Below are positions 48,596 through 56,262 of a stretch of 64,000 bases of DNA, piece by piece. The stretch is from a virus. A program made the translations under genes and the position numbers. Within the stretch, counting starts at the first letter, position 1; the number at the start of each line of letters is the position of its first letter. Location of the stretch: positions 20,798 to 84,797 of the IMG/VR virus record IMGVR_UViG_3300027867_000003; one strand, 5' to 3'. The notes beneath the pieces are model-generated. The model had not been told where the DNA came from, did not search any database, and saw nothing but the letters and a program-made list of their open reading frames with translations.

Positions 48596-49108
48596 TCAAT
48601 ATTTCACGCCCTCTTGCGTCGTGACGATGATCCGCACCAACGGCTCGGCCTCGATGCCGCTCGACTCCTTGTCGGCAAGTACCCGGCGCATGACCATCGG
48701 CAGCATTCTCGCCGCATCGCGCTCCCTCTCGGTGATCGTATTATCCGCCGTAACCTCGGCCAACAGTACGCCGAGTCGGTCTACGTCCCGGAGCGTCAGC
48801 ACAAGGGGCGGCCCGATCTTCGCCAGCAACGCGTCAATTTCCGGCGTGTGCGCGTGGGTTAGGTCCTTTATCAGCATCGCCTGAAACGCGGCGCTGATCG
48901 GCACCACGGCCTGATTGACCAACGCAAGACTCTTCTCCAACTCTACCACTCGGTTAAGGAGCTTTAGATGTGCGTCAGCAATCGCCGCTGCCGCTCGTTG
49001 CTTGCTGCGGGCATAGAACAGCAGCCCGCCGACCACCAGCGACAGCAGAGCCCCCAGGAGCGTCAGCGCCAGCGAGTTGATCCACGTCTGCGGGGATTCA
49101 GCAGCCAT
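48596..49108 (-). CDS. Membrane-anchored protein (holin/antiholin-like)
   Basis: N-terminal TM helix followed by coiled coil. Confidence 0.55.
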   Translation of the reverse strand: MAAESPQTWINSLALTLLGALLSLVVGGLLFYARSKQRAAAAIADAHLKLLNRVVELEKSLALVNQAVVPISAAFQAMLIKDLTHAHTPEIDALLAKIGPPLVLTLRDVDRLGVLLAEVTADNTITERERDAARMLPMVMRRVLADKESSGIEAEPLVRIIVTTQEGVKY

Positions 49109-49211
49109 TGCTTATCGACGACGGATCGGGGTCATCGGGATGATCTCGTGCTGGCGGGACGCGTCAGGCATGTTTTGCTCGACCTCGATGATGTGCCAGA
49201 GGGTGTCCACA

Positions 49212-51113
49212 TCAGTTATTATATTCACAGTCAAGCATAAACATGGGCGTTGAGTTCGATAGGTTTGCCGCCGCTAGTTGCTGCGCGCCTCGGGCCGATC
49301 CGTTTTCAACTGGTGTTATAACATTTGCCCCCGATGCGACATATCCACTAAAGCTAAGATAATTCGTGTCGAGCGTCAGGTTACTGACGAAGCCGAACGA
49401 GCATATCCCATAATCGCCACTCGCGCTATTGGCCAAGAATGGAAGTCCAGTAATCGTCAAATTTCCGGTCGGCGAAATGCTAGTGCCACTCACGTTCATT
49501 AGAACTCGTGCGCTGACGTGCCGCCCCATTTTCTCATAGTATCCGGTCTGATTAGCGTAGCTGAAGGTCCCGGCGGTGCCGCTGCCGACGATTGCCGCCG
49601 TCCATGTGCCGGTCAGGAACCCATCGGTATCATTCAATATCGTCTTATGTTGGCCTGTACCGCCGTCGCTAATCGGCGTCGTCGCGCCGTTCAGGTTGTT
49701 GTTCGCGATCGTGTAGTAATCGCTCGCTCCAGACGCAACTGAGACGCCCACCAAGTTCGTCCCCCACGCCGCCGACGCACTGAGGTCGTTACCGGCAATA
49801 GTGAAGTCAGTGATGCCTGCCGCTATCCCGACTCCGGCCACACCCGAACCGGCAACATGATTCCCCGTCAATACCGACTTCGTTCCAGCCCCAAGCGAGA
49901 TGCCGGTTTCGTTGTCGATAATAAGGTTTCCCGTCGCAATCAGGCTGTTACTCCAAGAGCCTGTCGTCGAAATCCCCGCGCAGGTCGAGAGGACGCAATT
50001 GCTTATATTGGAGCCTACCACCTGCAATCCAGACCCATCATGGGCTAGAACATTGGCTGTCAGTCCTTCGCCAAGAGATGACTGAGCGATCGTAGCCTGA
50101 CTAGGTGCCGTCCCGGCGCCGGTGTTCGTCATGGTGAAGCCCGCAGTAAAGGCTCCCGTCATATCGGATGCTATAATTTCAGTTGGCCCGCTCGCCCCCG
50201 TATCGAGTTGGAGTCCGTAGAACGTCGCCGGCGCCATCAGCTTCCAAGTGACCGAACCGTCAACGATAGACGCGCCGTAGTTCAGCAGCGTAGGCGCGCT
50301 GCCGCCGCTCGTTCCCCCCGCCGTCGCTTGAATATAGAACCCACCTAGCGAAACGATGTTACCGGCCAAGTACGAATGAGTGGAGGCCCAAGCAGAGATG
50401 GAAGAAATTGACCCTGGAGAAGGCACCGCATAGGGGTAAAGTTGATCCAATTTGGATTGTAGGATATTAGCCTGGCCGGTTATGTAGACCAGAGCCGATC
50501 CGTATGTGTTGAAGACGGTCGTCTGCGTGACCGTATTGTTGACCCCCATGACGTTTATTCCGTAGTGTCCCCCTTCGATGTTCGTATCCCGTACTATGCA
50601 CAGCACGCATGATGCGCCGATAACAACAGCGTCATGCGTCGTCGTAAGTACCTGAGAACCAAGAATCGCTAGCCCCTGGATGACATCGTAATTCTGGTTC
50701 AACGTCACAATAGTCGTATCGGCGCCGCAACTATCCAGGACCGCCGGTCCATTTACGCTGAGCTTTTGTCCGCTTCCCGGACCTTTGAAGATGACGGCAT
50801 AGGTCGTAACGGAAAGGCCACTCTTAATGCAGAAATCTCCAGGTGGAAAGAGTACCGTACCGCCGCTGCTGCCGAGCGAGTTGATTGCAGCCTGAACCGC
50901 CGATGACACATCGGCGGTTCCGTTACCCTTGGCGCCATAGTCGAGCACATCAGCCACTTCGGCAAACCGATTTGCCAGCGTCCGCGGCGTCGTGCTACCT
51001 GTAGATTGAATCGTTCCAGGAAACGTACCACTAAGATCTTGCCCATGAGCAGAAGACAACGACAGAAGAAAAGCAACTAATATTGCAGTCAACGTAGGGA
51101 GTTTTTTCATCAC
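49212..51113 (-). CDS. Tail spike / pectate-lyase-like beta-helix protein
   Basis: VLDYGAKGNG..D..AVQAAI...VLFPPGDF; parallel beta-helix repeats; C-terminal GTWT...GYYEKMGRHV tip domain. Confidence 0.8.
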   Translation of the reverse strand: MMKKLPTLTAILVAFLLSLSSAHGQDLSGTFPGTIQSTGSTTPRTLANRFAEVADVLDYGAKGNGTADVSSAVQAAINSLGSSGGTVLFPPGDFCIKSGLSVTTYAVIFKGPGSGQKLSVNGPAVLDSCGADTTIVTLNQNYDVIQGLAILGSQVLTTTHDAVVIGASCVLCIVRDTNIEGGHYGINVMGVNNTVTQTTVFNTYGSALVYITGQANILQSKLDQLYPYAVPSPGSISSISAWASTHSYLAGNIVSLGGFYIQATAGGTSGGSAPTLLNYGASIVDGSVTWKLMAPATFYGLQLDTGASGPTEIIASDMTGAFTAGFTMTNTGAGTAPSQATIAQSSLGEGLTANVLAHDGSGLQVVGSNISNCVLSTCAGISTTGSWSNSLIATGNLIIDNETGISLGAGTKSVLTGNHVAGSGVAGVGIAAGITDFTIAGNDLSASAAWGTNLVGVSVASGASDYYTIANNNLNGATTPISDGGTGQHKTILNDTDGFLTGTWTAAIVGSGTAGTFSYANQTGYYEKMGRHVSARVLMNVSGTSISPTGNLTITGLPFLANSASGDYGICSFGFVSNLTLDTNYLSFSGYVASGANVITPVENGSARGAQQLAAANLSNSTPMFMLDCEYNN

Positions 51114-51122
51114 ACAGAGTCT

Positions 51123-51437
51123 CTATTTCTGGGGAGCTATCGGAGGCCCAGAATTCGAAGGCCGGAAAATGCATTTTCCAGGCCACTGATTTCCGCAGAA
51201 CTTCAGAAGCCACTGATGCCACTCAGCTTCCCGAGTTCCAATTTGCTTCTCCAACATGTCAATCTGATCTTTCTTTTCCTTCGAGTAAAGCCAGATAGAG
51301 GTCTGTATTTGAGTCATTGCAGCAGAGAGACTTTGCTCTGCCACAGAAGCCTGAGGCGCAGTCGACTGTTGAGCCATAGTAGGGGGGCTAATCAACAGAC
51401 CCAAAAGCAAACCGGACGAAATAACCAATTTTCTCAT
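51123..51437 (-). CDS. Protein with signal/anchor peptide and coiled coil
   Basis: N-terminal hydrophobic segment. Confidence 0.5.
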   Translation of the reverse strand: MRKLVISSGLLLGLLISPPTMAQQSTAPQASVAEQSLSAAMTQIQTSIWLYSKEKKDQIDMLEKQIGTREAEWHQWLLKFCGNQWPGKCIFRPSNSGPPIAPQK

Positions 51438-51455
51438 TTGATTGGTTTCCCTTCT

Positions 51456-53069
51456 TTAGAAGCTCGCCAACGCAACCCGTTTGACAGTGTTTCCGGGGCT
51501 AACACAAACATAAATATACCCAGAGTCTACAGAAATCTGTCCGGGTGAACAAGCTTGCGTATCGGACCATGTTGAAGCAGCCAACCCTAAAGTACCTAGA
51601 ATACTAGGGCTTCCACTGAACGAAGGGCTTCCTCCAATAGTAGTCGCTGTTAAAGTCCCCGAGATTCCTAGAGTTCCCCCAACAGTGCCATTTCCTGTCA
51701 CTGCCAAAGATGCCACAGTAAGAGAACCACTAACCGTAGGACTTCCGCTGAAATTAGGATTTCCTGCGACTCCCCCACTAAATGTTGCAGCCCCTGTAAC
51801 GCCCAGAGTTCCCCCGACCGTTGCATTCGACACAGAACTCAGTGTATTGGTCGTTAGAGCCTCATCGACGGTCATGTTTGCAGCGGCCGTCAAAAGCCCA
51901 TCGACCGTAGCGGCACCACTAAACGTGACAGCCCCAGTGACCCCTAGGGTCCCACTAATTGTCTCATTCCCCGTGATCGCCTCATTTCCGGTAAGTGCAA
52001 GAGCCCCAGTAACATCGAGGTTGCTATCGATATTAACTGGGTTTCCGGTTATATTTCCCGCCACATTTACGTTGCCCCCTAAGGTCGTATTCCCCGCTAC
52101 GGCTAAAGCTCCTCCAACAGTTGCATTTGATGTTACATCAAAAGTAGTCGACACAGTCAATAGTCCCGTCACGTTCGTATTCCCGACGATCGAAACTGGA
52201 CTCCCCGTTATTTCACTCGCAAAATTAGCATTCCCCACAAAGTTGCTAGTCCCCGTAACAGCCAACGTTCCTCCAACATTAAGGTTCGTTCCAACCGTGA
52301 GACCAGCGGTCGTAGTTAAAAGCCCCGTTACACCTAAGGTTCCGCCGAGACTGGTATTCCCCGTAACCCCCAATGTTCCTCCAACAGCAGCATTGTCTGT
52401 TATCGACAGTGCCCCAGCTATAAGTTCCGAAGCGCCTACACTATTTGTCAAATCCAAAACCCCGGCCGCACTTGCTGTTAGCGACGTAGTTTGGGGGTTT
52501 CCACTACTGTCAAAATAGTTGAAAATCAAAGAATAGCTTGTGATAGAATCACCCGAAGCGGACGACGGGGCAATTCCTACGTTGCCAGTTCCCTTTAGCG
52601 TTTCTCCCCCCGCCCAAATCGCGACATTCCCGCTCGACGCCGAGGGTGTTGGTCCCACAACATTTCCACTCCCGGCCCCCGGAAACGGATAAGTGGTGCC
52701 ATTTATAACGACATTGAGGGCACTACTTCCCCCGCCAAGGGCGTTCACCGAGATAGTCGGAACTCCATTCACAAAGCCAAGTTGAAATGCCTGGAAGGAG
52801 CCAGAATTGGGACCTGAGAATAGATTTATACCATATTGGCTATTAAGAATATCGATCTCCCCAAAACCCTGACTTGATGTCAGCCCTGCTGGTGGATAAA
52901 CACCATTCCCCGATCCAAGGGCGGAGCCAATTAAACAGTTGCCAATAAATTTCGCCGGATCGTTAGGATTCACTAAGCCATTTTGAATTACTCTCTGACA
53001 TCCCTGACCCCAAGCCACACTAAGAGGCAAAAGGAACATGATTCCAGCAGCGATTAACTTAGATTTCAT
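51456..53069 (-). CDS. Tail fibre with Gly/Thr/Val repeats
   Basis: Many VGGTLGVTG-like repeats; C-terminal GQISVDSGYIYVC...KRVAL. Confidence 0.7.
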   Translation of the reverse strand: MKSKLIAAGIMFLLPLSVAWGQGCQRVIQNGLVNPNDPAKFIGNCLIGSALGSGNGVYPPAGLTSSQGFGEIDILNSQYGINLFSGPNSGSFQAFQLGFVNGVPTISVNALGGGSSALNVVINGTTYPFPGAGSGNVVGPTPSASSGNVAIWAGGETLKGTGNVGIAPSSASGDSITSYSLIFNYFDSSGNPQTTSLTASAAGVLDLTNSVGASELIAGALSITDNAAVGGTLGVTGNTSLGGTLGVTGLLTTTAGLTVGTNLNVGGTLAVTGTSNFVGNANFASEITGSPVSIVGNTNVTGLLTVSTTFDVTSNATVGGALAVAGNTTLGGNVNVAGNITGNPVNIDSNLDVTGALALTGNEAITGNETISGTLGVTGAVTFSGAATVDGLLTAAANMTVDEALTTNTLSSVSNATVGGTLGVTGAATFSGGVAGNPNFSGSPTVSGSLTVASLAVTGNGTVGGTLGISGTLTATTIGGSPSFSGSPSILGTLGLAASTWSDTQACSPGQISVDSGYIYVCVSPGNTVKRVALASF

Positions 53070-53082
53070 TCTTGTAGATCCT

Positions 53083-54087
53083 CTAAAGCGTCCATGCCGG
53101 GATTGCATAGTCAGCGCCATTTATAACGACTGGGAGCCAAAAGGACGGACCAGCACCCCCCGGTGTCGCCCAAGCAGCAGGCACTCCCGCCGTTGAGTCA
53201 CTAACCTGGTTCGAAAACATAAGGCCATTATTAGTCGTTATAATCGCCCCAGCATTAAAAGTCGCGAGTGCATTATGAGTTGTTGTCGATCCAATGGTCG
53301 TAATTCCAGTCGTTATCGTCAGGCCGGAGGAAATCGTCACCACGCCCGTTGATCGAACAATCTCAATCGGCGTCGATAAGTAAATTCCATTATCCCCATA
53401 GGCGTCGATAGAGAAATTGCTTCCTGCATTAGAGCCCGATTCCGCCGTATTATCCTTCTTAATATCCCATCGACTAGAGCCGGTGTTTTGAAATACGTAA
53501 TAGGCTGATTGTCCGCTAGGAGCATTGGAATATAATGCTGAATCTGTTGCCGCAGGAGCAGTCATCGTAATGTTTCCCGCGGCCGTGATAGAGCCGGTTG
53601 CCAAGGTCCCTGTTAGGGACGTTATTCCCGAGACTGTGAGATTATTGGAACAGAGGACCGCTCCGGTTGCCGTTAGGGTCGAGAGCGTTGTTGCCCCCGT
53701 GCAACCGAGGGTTCCTACTGAAATAGTTCCTCCAGTTATATTAACATTATTGGCATTCTGTGATGCCATTGTTCCAAAGGTCGTCTGAGCCGCCGTTACA
53801 TTGTCAACGGTCCATATGGGGGCCGAGGGCGGATCAGTGTCGCCGGGGGGAGATAAGACAAATTTGATCGCAGTCCCCGGCGGCACAAAGATCCCCTGCG
53901 GCGCAGTTCCGAGGGAATCAAGGATAATCGGATTCGCGTTCGCAGTATTCCCCGTCGCATCAGTATATGTGTTTGTTTTGGTCGTCGTCCCACCCTGATA
54001 GGAAAATAAAAGCCCTCCGCTGAGAGGTTTTCCATTTATATCGAGAAATTGAATTAGTGGAATCGGGCTGATGACGACCGTGGGCAT
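53083..54087 (-). CDS. Tail fibre/spike with P22-like head-binding N-terminus
   Basis: QFLDINGKPLSGGLLFSY..GTTT...YTD...NANPIILD. Confidence 0.75.
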   Translation of the reverse strand: MPTVVISPIPLIQFLDINGKPLSGGLLFSYQGGTTTKTNTYTDATGNTANANPIILDSLGTAPQGIFVPPGTAIKFVLSPPGDTDPPSAPIWTVDNVTAAQTTFGTMASQNANNVNITGGTISVGTLGCTGATTLSTLTATGAVLCSNNLTVSGITSLTGTLATGSITAAGNITMTAPAATDSALYSNAPSGQSAYYVFQNTGSSRWDIKKDNTAESGSNAGSNFSIDAYGDNGIYLSTPIEIVRSTGVVTISSGLTITTGITTIGSTTTHNALATFNAGAIITTNNGLMFSNQVSDSTAGVPAAWATPGGAGPSFWLPVVINGADYAIPAWTL

Positions 54088-54089
54088 TA

Positions 54090-54556
54090 TCTAAGGTCCT
54101 CTTTTCTGGCGCTGCCACCGACATCTGCGTTACGAAGCAAACGACTATAGACATCGGTGGCGCCAGACAGTTTACCAGCAGCTAGCGTGCTTAGCGAGAA
54201 GCTACAGCCCGCGACCAGTGTAGTCGCTGTGGTTCTTAAGACAGAATTGAGCACTACGACCTCAACCTGCTGCATGTGTCGCCCACATTGTCACTCACTG
54301 CTGCTGCCCCACGAGGACAGAGTTCTCGTGGTTGGCCCAATCCCCGCTGACTGGCGCGACAATTAGCCACAAGGCCGAACCTTGATGCGTCCTTAGATTC
54401 ATCTAATCTGAGGCCCGAGCCGATTGCCCGCTGTTTCGCGGGGCGGGCAAAGCGGCAGCCAAAGGTGCTTCGCTCTCTTAGGACCATGCATAGTTGCCAG
54501 ATACATGATCCTAATTCGCCCATTGTATGCCCGATCTGGTCGCCGGATCATCAGCC
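54090..54556 (-). ncRNA. Putative large structured RNA (element 2)
   Basis: Intergenic. Minus-strand hairpins with G-U pairs: 54478-54514 (13 bp, 2 G-U), 54424-54450, 54309-54331, terminal stem 54105-54167 (UCUGGCGC/GCGCCAGA + CACCGAUGUCU/AGAUGUCGGUG). Confidence 0.65.
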
Positions 54557-55891
54557 TCACGGCCTCATCTGCACCAGATAGCCGAATTCATGCAGCTTTG
54601 GCAAGGCTTTAATGACTTTCTCTCCAATGTCCGTTCGATATATTTTGTCACTCAATTTGATTTGGTCGATAAATCCATAGACCTTATCGCGGGCCTTTGT
54701 TATTCCTTTTCCGAGAGCCGTCGCCACAGCTACATATTCCCCCGTTGTCTGATACTGAGGCCCATAGACGATCTTTCCGTCTTTCATCTCAGGACCTCGG
54801 TCTATCATGGCCGAGACGAGATGAATGTCGGTCCCAGGCGGGGGGTTCTCAATTCCCCGAATCGGATTGCCGAGAACCAGATTCTCGGGGGAATTCTCAT
54901 AGGGGTATCGGGGTTGGGAGATCACGACCCCAATAGCCGTATCATAGGAGACTTTGAGACTGTCTTTTCCGTCCAATAGATCATTCATCCATTTAATCGG
55001 ATCGCCCCGATGGCTTGCGACCTGAATGTGAAAGGCTGGCCAACCACATCTCGACGTAAATTCGAGGGGCCACGTCTTTCCCTTTTTGTCAACAATGGCG
55101 CCGATTGAAAAATCGCCCCGATGACCCAAGGACCGAAGAATTGGTTCCATTGGAAGCAGCATCTCTCCAGCGAGCATATCGTCTTCGACATATTGGCAAA
55201 TTGTGCCCTGTTCTCCTGTCGCAGGGCCTATTTCTCCGTCCATAAGTTTTTTGTGCTCAATACATGTCTGCCACTTGTGTTCGAGAAACCCGTCCTTTCC
55301 CATCCATCCACTAACGCCGATCTCGCAAATGGCGTCGATCTTTTCTTGGAGAATACATTTTCCCTTAAGCTGTTTCCCACCCTTAATCTGCCGTTCGAGC
55401 CAACCGACCAAATCCGCCGGATCATCTGCGACATAGGTCAGCGATTTATCGGATTCGTCTCCGAGGGGCTTGAAGACAAATGGTCGATCCTGCTTTCGGG
55501 CAAATCGATAGCATTCTTCCAGAGAAGCGAACTCGTGATATTCAGGAAGGTCGATCCCGACTGCTCTCATGGCCTCCATGCCGGCCCCACGGTCGATTTC
55601 CAATTTGGCCGATTGAACTGTTGGGCCAAAGACCTTGATGCCCATCTCTCGACAACGGTCCAATTCATGGAGGAAACGAAAATTGCCCGTCGTCAGGATG
55701 AAACCGCCGTCTTTGACCCATTCGAGGCTGCTTCGCCAATCGTCGATGATCTTAAATTGTTTCATTCCGAGGCCGGATTTCAGATCATGTCCTGGGCAAT
55801 ATCTGAACCACCGGACCTCATGTCCGACGTCTCCGGCTCTCATTGCAAGATCGAGAGCCTGACACTCGCTATCGACGATCAATAGCCTCAT
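54557..55891 (-). CDS. PurD (GAR synthetase)-like ATP-grasp ligase
   Basis: VFGPT...AKLE, VFKP, ILQEKI, EHKKLMDGEIGPATGEQG, LEFTSRCG.P, YRTDIG. Confidence 0.8.
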   Translation of the reverse strand: MRLLIVDSECQALDLAMRAGDVGHEVRWFRYCPGHDLKSGLGMKQFKIIDDWRSSLEWVKDGGFILTTGNFRFLHELDRCREMGIKVFGPTVQSAKLEIDRGAGMEAMRAVGIDLPEYHEFASLEECYRFARKQDRPFVFKPLGDESDKSLTYVADDPADLVGWLERQIKGGKQLKGKCILQEKIDAICEIGVSGWMGKDGFLEHKWQTCIEHKKLMDGEIGPATGEQGTICQYVEDDMLAGEMLLPMEPILRSLGHRGDFSIGAIVDKKGKTWPLEFTSRCGWPAFHIQVASHRGDPIKWMNDLLDGKDSLKVSYDTAIGVVISQPRYPYENSPENLVLGNPIRGIENPPPGTDIHLVSAMIDRGPEMKDGKIVYGPQYQTTGEYVAVATALGKGITKARDKVYGFIDQIKLSDKIYRTDIGEKVIKALPKLHEFGYLVQMRP

Positions 55892-56262
55892 CGCGAATCA
55901 TAATGCTCCATATTGAGCCAGGTTGCTAAAAGATATTCCACTATGAGGGCTTTTCTGTGTTGGTCGAAATAGGGCGCCCGGGGATCTTCCCCCGGTTCAC
56001 CCGGGCCTTTGAACTGTGCGTCGAATTCATCGACCGATTCTTGGGGAACTCCCTCCTTTCGACACAGTTTCATTTCGACGATTTCGTGAATGGCGACCAA
56101 AAAGGCTTGGTCATCGTCAAGAGGATCTGTGCCAACGATTACAACCCGAGTATTGCCGTCGTCATCGACATACCAATCGCCCAATGACTCGGGGTCATTG
56201 CAATATGGAAATCGCATCGAAGAGGGAGATTCAACGGACTCTATGATGATCTTTCGACTCAT
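55888..56262 (-). CDS. HExxE-motif protein (metallopeptidase-like)
   Basis: GDW...VAIHEIVE...EPG.DPRAPY..QH; stop overlaps the ATP-grasp start. Confidence 0.55.
   Translation of the reverse strand: MSRKIIIESVESPSSMRFPYCNDPESLGDWYVDDDGNTRVVIVGTDPLDDDQAFLVAIHEIVEMKLCRKEGVPQESVDEFDAQFKGPGEPGEDPRAPYFDQHRKALIVEYLLATWLNMEHYDSR

Noticed and set aside
51700-52400. Tandem DNA repeat or CRISPR-like array
   Set aside because: Repeats are at the protein level (VGGTLGVTG) with synonymous variation; no repeat-spacer structure was seen anywhere in the window.
54270-54312. Resemblance to 16S rRNA (GGCAGCAG...GACAATG.GGCG)
   Set aside because: Only a short, gapped match with no flanking rRNA similarity.
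54087-54523. Short ORFs 54087-54275 and 54254-54523
   Set aside because: No clear RBS or recognisable motifs; the region is better explained by RNA structure.
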